Notes under the pieces: model-generated | What the model was told of the DNA's origin: nothing | The model's database searches: none | The model's input: the letters and a program-made list of their open reading frames with translations, nothing else | Assembly (NCBI GenBank): GCA_963782625.1 | Contig: CAWAKN010000013.1 | Coordinates: forward strand, 55,659-119,658 | Length of the DNA stretch: 64,000 nt | Origin: an uncultured beta proteobacterium | GTDB taxonomy: Bacteria > Pseudomonadota > Gammaproteobacteria > Burkholderiales > Casimicrobiaceae | Direction: 5' to 3' | Made by a program: the position numbers and the translations under genes | Shown here: piece by piece, positions 40,610-50,336 of the stretch | Position numbering within the stretch: the stretch's first letter is position 1 | Layout: every line of letters starts with the position of its first letter

Positions 40610-41450
40610 CAACTCTGAACAGATTGCCGACTGGAACGGCGCGATGGGACGGCTATGGGCCGAAAGGCAGCGGGAAATCGACGCCGTCGTCGTGCCGTTC
40701 GGTGTCGCCGCGCTTGCGACGGCAGCGCCGAAGGCAGGCGAACAGGTGATCGACGTCGGTTGCGGATGCGGCGACACCACGATCGAGATCGCGCGCATCG
40801 TCGGCGAGCGCGGCCATGTGCTCGGAGTCGACGTGTCGCAGCCGATGCTCGAGGTGGCACAGCTTCGCGCGGCGCAGGCCGGGAGCACGAACCTTCAGTT
40901 CCGCGAGGCCGACGCCTCCGCAGCGCCGCTTCCGTCCGCTGTCGACTTGCTGTTCTCACGCTTCGGCGTCATGTTCTTCAGCCAGCCGTCGCCGGCGTTT
41001 CGCCATCTGCGCGCTTCGCTGCGGACAGGCGGCCGGTGCGTGTTCGTCTGCTGGCGAGCTCCCCGCGACAACGCGTGGGCGATGGCGCCGCTCGCCGCAG
41101 CGCGCGCCGCCATGTCGGTCACGCCGCCACCGGCCGATCCAAATGCGCCGGGACCGTTTGCGTTTGCGGATGAAGCGCGCGTTCGCTCCTTGCTGACGGA
41201 GGCCGGCTTCACCGGCATCCACTTCAGGCGATTCGACCAGATGCTTTCACTGGGTGAAACCCCGCACGACGCCGCCGAATACGCGATGCGCATCGGGCCG
41301 ACTTCGCGCTTCGCCCGCGAGATGGGCGACGAACACCTTCCCACCATTCGCAAAGCGGTCGAGCAGGCCTTTGCGCAACTGGCCGCCTCCGACGGGCGCG
41401 TGAACCTAGTTGGATCTGCCTGGATCGTGTCGGCGACGAATCCCGCCTGA
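40599..41450 (+). CDS. Class I SAM-dependent methyltransferase (same family as 15625-16488)
   Basis: VIDVGCGCG, FSRFGVMFF, PGPFAFAD. Confidence 0.88.
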   Translation: MPTDNSEQIADWNGAMGRLWAERQREIDAVVVPFGVAALATAAPKAGEQVIDVGCGCGDTTIEIARIVGERGHVLGVDVSQPMLEVAQLRAAQAGSTNLQFREADASAAPLPSAVDLLFSRFGVMFFSQPSPAFRHLRASLRTGGRCVFVCWRAPRDNAWAMAPLAAARAAMSVTPPPADPNAPGPFAFADEARVRSLLTEAGFTGIHFRRFDQMLSLGETPHDAAEYAMRIGPTSRFAREMGDEHLPTIRKAVEQAFAQLAASDGRVNLVGSAWIVSATNPA

Positions 41451-41464
41451 GGACTGGGTCGCGT

Positions 41465-42571
41465 TCACTTCGCGCCGGGTTTGTGCCGGCGTTCGCCGGG
41501 CGCCGAATCACCGTGTACGACCGCGGGCTCTCCGCTCTCATCGATCCACGACTGGAACAGCTTGTACGAAACGGCGAGAACCACCGGACCGACGAAGATG
41601 CCCAGCAGCCCGAATGAGAGCAAGCCGCCAATGACGCCGGCGAAGATCAGCAGCAACGGCAAGTCCGCGCCCTTCTTTATCAGGAACGGACGCAAAAAAT
41701 TGTCGAGCGTGCCGACGAATGCGGCCCAGATGAGCAGAATCGTTCCCCACACGGTGTCTCCGGTCCAATAGGTCCAGATCACCGCCGGCACAAGCACGAT
41801 CAACGGGCCCACCTGTGCGAGGCAGAACATCAGCATCAGCACGCTGAGGAGGCCCGCGAAGGGCACGCCCGCGACCGCGAGTCCCAGGCCGCCCAGCAGC
41901 GATTGCACCAGTGCGGTCACGACGACGCCCAGCGCCACGCCACGGATCGCTCCGCCTGCAAGCTTGATGACTTGCTCGCCACGGTCACCGGCGAGCCGGC
42001 GACCGAACCGGCGCACGCTCGACGCCGCCGTTTCGCCATGGGCATACATGACCGCAGTCAGGACGATGGTGAGCATGACCTGGATCAGGAGCATGCCGAC
42101 CGTCCCGGCCTCGCCCGCCAGCCACTGCAGGAACCTGACGAGGTAGGGCTGCAGCTTGGCCATGAGCGCGGCCCAGCCCTCCCTTGCCGCGTCGCGCCAA
42201 GCGGATGCGATCTTGGGGCCGACGACCGGAAGCGCGTCGACGAATTCCGGGGGCTCGGGAATCGTCACGTCCTTGAGTGATTTGGTCCAGGTCCCGACCT
42301 CGTCCTTGTATTCCGCAACCGTGCTGATCGCGACCCAGAACGGCAGCACGAAGACGAGAATCATGGCGATCGTCATCACCACAATCGCCGGCGTGCGGCG
42401 GCCGCCCAGCCGGCGCTGCAGCGACAGCATCGGCGACCAGGTCGCGACGACGATCATCGTGGCCCAGATGAGCGCGACCAGGAAGGGCCGCATGATCCAG
42501 AACGACGCGGCAATCAATCCGACGATCGACAGCACGGCCAGCGTGGTGCGGGTAATGTCTCTCTGCATCAT
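41465..42571 (-). CDS. ydiK: AI-2E family transporter
   Basis: Multi-TM; LAGGAIRGVALGVVVTA, DNFLRPFLI, GVIGGL..FG..GIFVGPVVLA. Confidence 0.85.
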   Translation of the reverse strand: MMQRDITRTTLAVLSIVGLIAASFWIMRPFLVALIWATMIVVATWSPMLSLQRRLGGRRTPAIVVMTIAMILVFVLPFWVAISTVAEYKDEVGTWTKSLKDVTIPEPPEFVDALPVVGPKIASAWRDAAREGWAALMAKLQPYLVRFLQWLAGEAGTVGMLLIQVMLTIVLTAVMYAHGETAASSVRRFGRRLAGDRGEQVIKLAGGAIRGVALGVVVTALVQSLLGGLGLAVAGVPFAGLLSVLMLMFCLAQVGPLIVLVPAVIWTYWTGDTVWGTILLIWAAFVGTLDNFLRPFLIKKGADLPLLLIFAGVIGGLLSFGLLGIFVGPVVLAVSYKLFQSWIDESGEPAVVHGDSAPGERRHKPGAK

Positions 42572-42805
42572 CGGTTCTCGAGAAAACGTGATCTGGAATC
42601 AACCGCGAGGTCGCAGGTTCGGATCGGTGCGCAGCGCGACGGCTCTCCCCTTCGGGGCGAATCAGCGCAGGCAGATGGTACCTTGCGCCCGGTCAGTAGA
42701 GGAACCGGCAGGCGCTCGCTTGACTTGACGTCGAGCCAACGCGCAGAATTTCCGCGGGCCCACTGCCCCTTCGTCGTCCCTGCTTCCCTACGCCAAGGAG
42801 GCACC

Positions 42806-44395
42806 ATGAATTTCCGCCTGTTTCTCCTTCCGCTCCTCGCAACCCTCGCCATGTGCGGCCCTGCCGGCGCGCACGATACGGATTCCCAGTCCGGTACTCT
42901 TGGGAAGGTCTCCTTCGCGACGAGTTGCGATCCGAAAGTGCAAGCGGCCTTCGAACGCGCCGTCGCCATGTTGCATTCGTTCTGGTACTCCGCCGGCGAA
43001 AAGGCTTTCCAGGACGTTCTCAAGGACGATCCCCAATGCGCGATCGCCACGTGGGGGATCGCGTCACTACTCATGTCGAACCCGCTCGCCGGACAGGGCG
43101 CGTCGGCGAAGGGCGCGGAGCAGGCGCAGGCGGCGATCGACCAGGGCCGCCGCATCGGCGCAAAGACGCAACGCGAGCGCGACTACATCGAGGCCGTGGC
43201 GGCCTATTACCAGGACTTTGCGACGCGGCCCGAGCGGGAGCGGCAGATCGCACGCGCCAACGCCTACGAGGCGCTTGCCAAGCGCTACCCCGCCGACGAC
43301 GAGGCGCAGATCTTCTCGGCCCTCTATACCGCCGGGACGCAGACGCAAGCCGACCAGACGTATGCCGCCTACCTGAAGGCGGCCGCGGTCCTCGAACTCG
43401 AGTTCAAGAAATACCCCAACCATCCCGGCGTGGCGCACTACCTCATCCACAGCTACGACGCGCCACCTATCGCCGACAAGGGGCTCGTCGCTGCGCGCCT
43501 GTATGCGGGAATCGCGCCCGACGCGCCGCATGCGCTGCACATGCCCTCGCATATCTTCACGCGCGTCGGCGCCTGGCAGGAGTCCGCGGCCACGAACTTG
43601 CGCTCGAGGGAAGTGGCCAAGGCAGGCAATGAGCCGGACGAGGCCTATCACGCAAGCGACTACATGGTCTACGCGTACCTGCAGCTCGCGCGGGATGCGG
43701 ATGCCCGCAGCAGCATTGACGACGCGATGAAGATAAGCGGACCCAGCGCGCGTTTCGTCGCCCCCTACGCCATCGCCGCCATGCCGGCGCGCTACGCTTT
43801 CGAACGCGGCGCATGGGCCGAGGCGGCGAAGCTGCAGGCCTCCGGCAGTACGTATCCCTTTGTCGAGTCCATCACCTACTTTGCGCGCAGCGTGGGTGCC
43901 GCGCGCAGCGGCGATCTCGCGGCGGCACGCAAGGATGCCGAGCAACTCGAAGCCTTCCACAAGACTCTGCTGGCCGCGAAGAACACTTACTGGGCGACCG
44001 AGGTCGAGGTCCAGCGGCTGGCTGCGGCGGGTTGGATTGCATTGGGCGAGGGAAAATCCGATGAGGCACTCAAGTTCATGCGGGCGGCGGCCGACCTCGA
44101 GGACCGCAACGAAAAGCACATCGTCACGCCGGGCCGCATCGTTCCCGCTCGCGAAATGCTGGGCGAGATGCTGCTCGAGGTGAAGCAGCCCGAAGCCGCG
44201 CTGCTGGAATTCGAAGCCTCGCAGCGCCGCGAACCGAATCGCTTCCGCAACTACCTGGGTTCCGCGCGCGCCGCGGAAATGGCGGGCGACCGCGCGAAGG
44301 CCACAACCTACTATCGGAAACTCGTGACGCTAGCCAAGGATGGCGACACCACGCGGCCCGAGCTCGCGAACGCGAAGAAGCTCGCGCAGCTTTGA
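42806..44395 (+). CDS. Exported TPR-like protein
   Basis: AAGGAGG RBS, signal peptide, LHSFWY, HPGVAHYLIHSYD, PHALHMPSHIF. Confidence 0.8.
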   Translation: MNFRLFLLPLLATLAMCGPAGAHDTDSQSGTLGKVSFATSCDPKVQAAFERAVAMLHSFWYSAGEKAFQDVLKDDPQCAIATWGIASLLMSNPLAGQGASAKGAEQAQAAIDQGRRIGAKTQRERDYIEAVAAYYQDFATRPERERQIARANAYEALAKRYPADDEAQIFSALYTAGTQTQADQTYAAYLKAAAVLELEFKKYPNHPGVAHYLIHSYDAPPIADKGLVAARLYAGIAPDAPHALHMPSHIFTRVGAWQESAATNLRSREVAKAGNEPDEAYHASDYMVYAYLQLARDADARSSIDDAMKISGPSARFVAPYAIAAMPARYAFERGAWAEAAKLQASGSTYPFVESITYFARSVGAARSGDLAAARKDAEQLEAFHKTLLAAKNTYWATEVEVQRLAAAGWIALGEGKSDEALKFMRAAADLEDRNEKHIVTPGRIVPAREMLGEMLLEVKQPEAALLEFEASQRREPNRFRNYLGSARAAEMAGDRAKATTYYRKLVTLAKDGDTTRPELANAKKLAQL

Positions 44396-44880
44396 ATCGC
44401 CTCGCCCGTAGTATTCGCGCGATTCTGCTGTGCGTGGTGGTCGCGGCTTTCGCGACCATCGCCGCAGCCGACCCGACCGAGTCCGATCCCGATCTCGCTA
44501 CCCGCGACGACGATTACGCCGCGGGCAAGCGCGCCGTCGAGCGAAAGGACTGGGCGGAAGCGGCGCGCCTTTTCAAGCGCGCGGAAGTGCGCTACCCCGA
44601 TCACGCGGACCTGCAGAACATTCTTGGTTTCTCCTACCGCAACCTGAAGCAGTACGATCTCGCGTTCAAGCACTACCGGCAGGCGATCGTCCTCGACCCT
44701 CGGCATCGCGGCGCGCATGAATATATCGGCGAGACGTATCTCCTGACCGGGGACGTGGCGGGCGCGCAGAAGCACCTCGCCGCGTTGCGGGAGATCTGTC
44801 TATTGCCGTGCGAGGAGCTCACCGACCTCGAGCGCGCGATTGCAGAGTACACAGGGAGGCAGCAGCAACCTTCGCGATGA
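44392..44880 (+). CDS. Exported tetratricopeptide repeat protein
   Basis: NILGFSYRN, HRGAHEYIGETY, C-terminal CLLPCEE; TTGA overlap. Confidence 0.8.
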   Translation: MNRLARSIRAILLCVVVAAFATIAAADPTESDPDLATRDDDYAAGKRAVERKDWAEAARLFKRAEVRYPDHADLQNILGFSYRNLKQYDLAFKHYRQAIVLDPRHRGAHEYIGETYLLTGDVAGAQKHLAALREICLLPCEELTDLERAIAEYTGRQQQPSR

Positions 44881-44922
44881 GAGGTTGATGCTGGCCGCGC
44901 CGGATTGCAATCCTCGACCGCC

Positions 44923-47900
44923 ATGTCCACCCAACGGCGACAACTCGAAGCTGCCATCAACGGACTCGAATCCCAGCGGACGGCGCTCGGGGATTCGCTG
45001 GTGGACGCGGCACTCGCCCCCTTGCGCGCCGAGCTTGCGACGCTCGCCGGGCCGGCCATCGCGGAAACCCCGGTCCCGACCCTGAGACAGACCACGCTCG
45101 TCTTTCTCGACGTGGTGAGCTCCACGGCGCTCAGCCAACGTTTCGACCCCGAGGATATCCATGCGGTCATGGACGGCGCGCTGGCGCGGTTCGGCGCAGT
45201 GATCGAAGCGCATCAGGGCCGTGTGTTGCGATACATGGGCGATGGCCTGCTGGCCGCATTCGGCGCCGACGGCGCGCGCGAGGACGATCCCGAACGCGCC
45301 GTGCGCGCCGGCCTCGCACTGCTCGACGCGAGCAAACTGCACGCTGCTGAAGTGCTGGACCGGCACCAGTTTCACGGGTTCGACGTGCGGGTGGGCATCC
45401 ACACCGGCACTGCCCTGTTCGGCGAAGGCGTCGAGGCCGGCAACACGGCCATGGGCATGGCCGTGAACATCGCCGCGCGCATGGAGCAGACCGCGCCTGC
45501 CGGCGGCTTGCGCATCAGTCACGACACGTGGCGCCAGGTCCGCGGCCTGTTTGACGTCCAGGCGCAGCCGCCGCTGGTCATCAAAGGCCGCGACGAGCCC
45601 ATTCTCACTTACCTCGTCAACGCCGCGAAGCCCAGAGCCTTTCGTGGCACCCGCCGCGGCATCGACGGTGTAGAGACCCGGCTGGTCGGCCGCGATTTCG
45701 AGCTCGGCCAGCTCACGGCCGCGTTCGAAAACGTCGTGGCGACCCGCTCGCTGGCCTGCGTCACGCTGGTCGGCGACGCAGGCATGGGCAAGAGCCGCCT
45801 GGTGACGGAGTTCGAACAATGCATCGAGCTCCGTCCGGAAGGCGTCTGGCTGTTCCGCGGCCGCGCCCAGCCGCAGGGATTGCACCAGCCTTACGGCGTG
45901 CTGCGCGACCTGCTGTGCTGGCGCTTCGAGATTCAGGACAGCGACTCGTTGCAACAGGCCCAGGGAAAGCTCGCCGACGGCTTGGGCCGGGTGTTGGGCA
46001 ACGACGCCGACGAGCCCACGGCGCTGCTCGGTCAGTTGATCGGCCTCGACTACAGCAACAGCCGGTACGTCGCCGGCATCATCAGCGACGGCAAACAGCT
46101 GCGGCAGCGCGCCTTTCGCGTCGCGGAACAGTATTTCGCCCGACTGGCCGCCGACTGCGGAGAGCCGGTGTTGCTGCTGCTCGAAGACCTGCACTGGGCC
46201 GACGAGGGCTCGCTCGACTTCATCCTGCAACTCGCGGAATCCTGCGTCCATGTGCCCATGCTGATCCTGTGCACGACGCGTCCGACGTTGTTCGAGCGGC
46301 GTACGCCCTGGGACGCGGCGCTGGCCGCGCACCGGCGCATTGACATCGGCGCGCTGCCATTGGATCGCAGTCGCGAACTCGCCGATGCCCTGCTGCGGCG
46401 TGTGGCCGACACGCCCGCCGCGTTGCGCGACCTGCTCACTCAGGGCGCCGAAGGCAATCCCTTCTACATGGAAGAGTTGACGCAGATGCTGATCGACGAT
46501 GGTGCCATCCGCGTCGATGGCGAAGAGTGGACCGTCGCGGACGAACAGCTGCGCAACGTGCATGTGCCCGCCACGCTCGCCGGCGTGCTCCAGGCGCGCA
46601 TCGACGGCCTGCCGCCGCCGGAAAAGCGCGCGCTGCAGCAGGCCAGCGTGATTGGTCACGTGTTCTGGGACCAGGCGCTCGCGCAACTACAGCCCGATGC
46701 GCCCCTGTCACTGCCGGCGCTGGGCCGTCGCGAACTCGCGCTGGGTCGCGACACCAGCGCCTTCGACGGCACGCGCGAATACGTGTTCAAGCATCACCTG
46801 CTCCATCAGGTGACCTATGAAAGTGTGCTCAAGCGCCACAAGAAGGAACAGCATCGTCAGATCGCGCTATGGCTGGAGGAGCGCTGTGCAGGTCGCAGCG
46901 GCGAATACCTGGGCCTGATCGCCGAACACTTCGAGCGCGCGGGTCAGGACGAGCGTGCGGCGCAATACTGGGCGCGCGCCGCGGACGACGCGTTTCAGCG
47001 GCATGCCGACGAAGCCGCGATGGCGCACGCCCAGAAGCTATTGGAACTCGACCCGGCCGGACGCGACGTGCAGCGCCGTTTCGCGGTCATGCAAGTGCGT
47101 CAGGCGGTCTTCTCACACCGTTCGGAGCGCCAGGCGCAGGCACAGGCGCTGGATGAACTGGAACGTCTCGCCGAAGCGCTGGGCGATGACCGGCTGCGCT
47201 CGCAGGCGGCAACCAGCCGTGCCCGCTGGCACGCCAGCGCGTGTGATTGGCCGGCGGCGCTTGCGGCAGCGCAGCGCGCTCTGGTCGCGGCCGGGTCGGG
47301 CGAGTCCATCGAGGCGGCAAACGCCCACGGCGCGGCTTCGGACGCGCTCTACCGGCTGGACCATTGCGACGCCGCCCGCGAGCACGCCGAGACGGGGCTT
47401 CTGCTGGCGCGCGCGGTGGGCGACAAGATGGCGCAAAGCGAGCATCTCAACAACCTGGGCAACCTGGCCATGGTGAGCAAAGCCCTCGTGGCGGCGGGTC
47501 GCTTCTACCAAGAGGCGGCAGCGCTGAAACTGGAGATCGGGGATCGTTTCCACGCGGCCACCGTAATCGGCAACCTGAGCATTCTGGCGGTCCAACTGGG
47601 CGATCTCGATCGCGCACGTGAATGGCAATCGCAAAGTTTGACGCTGGCGCGCGAAACCGGCAATCTCGCCGTCCAGGCATCGATGCACCATTCGATGGCT
47701 GAATTGCTGACGGAACAGGGCGATCCTGCGGCGGCGCTTGAATCGGCACAGGAGGGCCTGCGCATCATGCGCGACATCGGCGACCGTCGCCAGGAAGCCG
47801 AGACCCTGACCACATGCGGTGATGCCGCATTGGCGCTGCAACAATGGGATGCGGCGGAGCGTCATTTCAGGGCCGCACGTGACTTGTTCAGCGAGATCGA

Positions 47901-48264
47901 CATGCCGTATTGGGCGCAAATGCCTGCGGCGGGTCTCGCGGCGGCGTTGCTGGCAGGCGGGGACATGGCAGCGGCACTCCACGAGGTCGAACTCATCATC
48001 GCGCGACTCGATGCGGGCATCGGAGCTGCTGACAAGTGCGGCGTCCTGCTGGACTGTCATCGCGTCCTGGAGGCGGCCGGCGACGGTCGCGCCGACGGCA
48101 TGCTCGCCGCTGCCCATGCCGAGATGCAACGCACGCTGGCCAGGATCGACGACCAAAGGCAGCGCGAAGCCTTTCTGTCGCGCGCCATGCACCAGCAACT
48201 GCTCGCGCTATGGGAACAGTCAACTGCCGGTTCCGCGACGGCCGATGCCCCGCAGGACTCGTAA
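44923..48264 (+). CDS. Class III nucleotide cyclase + STAND ATPase + TPR protein
   Basis: FLDVVSST, MGDG, VNIAARME; GDAGMGKS, EDLHWAD, GNPFY; C-terminal TPRs. Confidence 0.9.
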   Translation: MSTQRRQLEAAINGLESQRTALGDSLVDAALAPLRAELATLAGPAIAETPVPTLRQTTLVFLDVVSSTALSQRFDPEDIHAVMDGALARFGAVIEAHQGRVLRYMGDGLLAAFGADGAREDDPERAVRAGLALLDASKLHAAEVLDRHQFHGFDVRVGIHTGTALFGEGVEAGNTAMGMAVNIAARMEQTAPAGGLRISHDTWRQVRGLFDVQAQPPLVIKGRDEPILTYLVNAAKPRAFRGTRRGIDGVETRLVGRDFELGQLTAAFENVVATRSLACVTLVGDAGMGKSRLVTEFEQCIELRPEGVWLFRGRAQPQGLHQPYGVLRDLLCWRFEIQDSDSLQQAQGKLADGLGRVLGNDADEPTALLGQLIGLDYSNSRYVAGIISDGKQLRQRAFRVAEQYFARLAADCGEPVLLLLEDLHWADEGSLDFILQLAESCVHVPMLILCTTRPTLFERRTPWDAALAAHRRIDIGALPLDRSRELADALLRRVADTPAALRDLLTQGAEGNPFYMEELTQMLIDDGAIRVDGEEWTVADEQLRNVHVPATLAGVLQARIDGLPPPEKRALQQASVIGHVFWDQALAQLQPDAPLSLPALGRRELALGRDTSAFDGTREYVFKHHLLHQVTYESVLKRHKKEQHRQIALWLEERCAGRSGEYLGLIAEHFERAGQDERAAQYWARAADDAFQRHADEAAMAHAQKLLELDPAGRDVQRRFAVMQVRQAVFSHRSERQAQAQALDELERLAEALGDDRLRSQAATSRARWHASACDWPAALAAAQRALVAAGSGESIEAANAHGAASDALYRLDHCDAAREHAETGLLLARAVGDKMAQSEHLNNLGNLAMVSKALVAAGRFYQEAAALKLEIGDRFHAATVIGNLSILAVQLGDLDRAREWQSQSLTLARETGNLAVQASMHHSMAELLTEQGDPAAALESAQEGLRIMRDIGDRRQEAETLTTCGDAALALQQWDAAERHFRAARDLFSEIDMPYWAQMPAAGLAAALLAGGDMAAALHEVELIIARLDAGIGAADKCGVLLDCHRVLEAAGDGRADGMLAAAHAEMQRTLARIDDQRQREAFLSRAMHQQLLALWEQSTAGSATADAPQDS

Positions 48265-48290
48265 AGCGGAGGCGCCCCAAGGTGCTAAAG

Positions 48291-48310
48291 TACCGTATAT
48301 CTATGCGGTA
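48291..48310. promoter_or_regulatory. Palindromic operator resembling an SOS box
   Basis: TACCGTATATCTATGCGGTA, 16/20 identical to TACTGTATATATATACAGTA, 7 nt before an ATG. Confidence 0.5.
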
Positions 48311-48317
48311 TCTGCCC

Positions 48318-48620
48318 ATGCGCTTCTCCGTCCGCCCGCTTCGCCATCGCGGCCGCGTCCTGCCGTGGCGGGAGGTCATGAACCGGCCGGCGCTGATAGG
48401 CGATTTGCGCATCGAGGAGTGCCGGGACGAGGAGTTGAAGCGCTCGTTAAGGACCGCACTGCTTTGGGATGAGTACAGCGTCCTGCCCTCTGCCGAACGC
48501 CCCCGGCTTCTGGACGTGCACATCATCGGCATGAGCCCGCAGGCCTTTACGCTGTCGGGCTTCGAGCGGATCGACGGCGCAGAGTACATGCAGTCATGGA
48601 TCGTTGCGCGTTGCGACTGA
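48318..48620 (+). CDS. Hypothetical protein (100 aa)
   Basis: MRFSVRPLRHRG...FTLSGFERIDGAEYMQSW; globular composition, preceded by an operator-like palindrome. Confidence 0.65.
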   Translation: MRFSVRPLRHRGRVLPWREVMNRPALIGDLRIEECRDEELKRSLRTALLWDEYSVLPSAERPRLLDVHIIGMSPQAFTLSGFERIDGAEYMQSWIVARCD

Positions 48621-48662
48621 CATAACTGGCAATGCTCCGTGCAACGTCGATCAGCCAAAAGG

Positions 48663-48688
48663 AAGCGGCCGCACGCTGGCGGCCGCTT
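48663..48688. terminator. Inverted repeat, probable terminator between convergent genes
   Basis: aagcggccgc-acgctg-gcggccgctt. Confidence 0.55.
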
Positions 48689-48912
48689 GTGTCGTTGATC
48701 GATCCTGCTGGCCAACCCGGCTCCGCTCAACGGAACTCTTTCGAGTTCGCCGCTACGACCACATCAACGACGACCCAATTATCGCTGTCCTCCTCCACGC
48801 ATTCCGTCGGCGGGACGCCGATATCATTGTCGGCCACGTCCTGCATCTCGGCGAGAGGATCAGCGACACGCAGGAATGCGACCGGAAACATAGTGCGTGC
48901 CGAACCGAGACG

Positions 48913-49755
48913 TCAAAGCGAGTTAGTCGAGAACGTGTCGCAGTCCTTGGGGTGTCCTGACTCGATGCCGCGTTTGAACCAACGAACTCTCTGCTCCGAT
49001 GACCCGTGTGTGAAGGCCTCGGGAACTATGCGTCCCTGGGATTGCTTCTGCAGACGATCGTCTCCAATTGCCATTGCGGCATTCAAGGCCTCGCCGACGT
49101 CGCCTGAATCGAGCTGGTTCATGACGCCAGCGTGGTACCCCCAGACACCCGCGTAGCAATCAGCCTGCAATTCCATGCGTACTGAAGCGCGATTGGCTTC
49201 GGCCCGTGAACCGCCGCCACGCGCGGCGTCGATCTCTCGAAACGCCCCGGTGAGCTTCTGCACGTGATGACCGACCTCGTGGGCGATGACGTAGGCTTGG
49301 GCGAAATCGCCTGGAGAATGAAAACGTGTTTGAAGGTCACGGAAGAACGCCAGGTCGATGTAAAGCTTTTCGTCGCCCTCGCAGTAAAACGGACCCATCG
49401 CCGATTGCGCCACGCCGCACGCGGAGCGTACTTGCCCGTCATACAGCACCAGCGTGGGGGGGCGATATTGGGCATTCGACTGCTGAAATATGCGACCCCA
49501 CACGTTCTCGGTGCTGCCGAGCACCTTGGAGACGAATCGTCCCATCTCATCGGCGGGCACGCCGGTCGGCGCCGCACGCGATTCGGCCTGCGTGCCGGAT
49601 TGCTGCACGACGTTGATGACAGTTCCGGGGTCGAATCCAAGGAAATAGGCGATCAGGGCAATGACCACACCACCGACGCCCAATCCGCCCGCTGCCATAC
49701 CCATGCCGCGACGGTCCTCGACATTGGCGCTGCCTTGCTGGTCGCCTAGCTGCAT
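48913..49755 (-). CDS. Neutral zinc metallopeptidase (YpfJ family)
   Basis: SANVEDRRG, MGPFYC, DFAQAYVIAHEVGHHVQ, ELQADCYAG, FTHGSSEQR. Confidence 0.92.
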   Translation of the reverse strand: MQLGDQQGSANVEDRRGMGMAAGGLGVGGVVIALIAYFLGFDPGTVINVVQQSGTQAESRAAPTGVPADEMGRFVSKVLGSTENVWGRIFQQSNAQYRPPTLVLYDGQVRSACGVAQSAMGPFYCEGDEKLYIDLAFFRDLQTRFHSPGDFAQAYVIAHEVGHHVQKLTGAFREIDAARGGGSRAEANRASVRMELQADCYAGVWGYHAGVMNQLDSGDVGEALNAAMAIGDDRLQKQSQGRIVPEAFTHGSSEQRVRWFKRGIESGHPKDCDTFSTNSL

Positions 49756-49852
49756 GGTTGCCTCCGATCATTCCGCGTGGTGGTGCCCGCCACAATTGGA
49801 AACGTATCCACGGCACCACCACGCCATTCGCTGCCAGCCTGAGCCAAGTGGG

Positions 49853-50107
49853 TCAGGTCGTCGGACTGCGTCGCACCATGTGATAGATCACGAGCAGGAC
49901 AACCGCGCCAATTATCGAGCCAATGAATCCTGCCGGTTCGCCAGCACGGTAGAGTCCCAACGCTTGTCCCCCGTAGGTCGCTATGAGGGATCCCACGATA
50001 CCGATCGCCGCCGTGATAAAGAATCCGGAGGGATCGCGGCCAGGCGTCAACATCTTGGCGAGCAATCCGATGACGAATCCGATGAGAATCATCCAGAGAA
50101 TATCCAT
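49853..50107 (-). CDS. GlsB/YeaQ/YmgE family membrane protein
   Basis: 84 aa, IGFVIGLLAKMLTPG...SIIGAVVLL; AGGAG RBS. Confidence 0.88.
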   Translation of the reverse strand: MDILWMILIGFVIGLLAKMLTPGRDPSGFFITAAIGIVGSLIATYGGQALGLYRAGEPAGFIGSIIGAVVLLVIYHMVRRSPTT

Positions 50108-50336
50108 GGCCTTCGCTCCTGATCAGTGTAGGTGCATGAGTGGCGTACCCAGGTTCACTCCCGATGAATCGAATATCGGGACGTGCAAAGCCTAGCGGCC
50201 ACCGAAATGCCGCGAAAGACCTGACCGCCGCTTTCACCTGTAGGAGGAAGGCGCTAAATTAGGCCGGGCTCATTGCCCGACACAATGTGTACGTGGCGCC
50301 GACGTCCCGCTCGCGCGCACTGGGCACTTATACCGG

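Noticed and set aside
48727-48891. 54-aa acidic minus-strand ORF (MFPVAFLRVADPLAEMQ...) after the YpfJ-family gene
   Set aside because: No clear RBS or motif; cannot be supported without homology data
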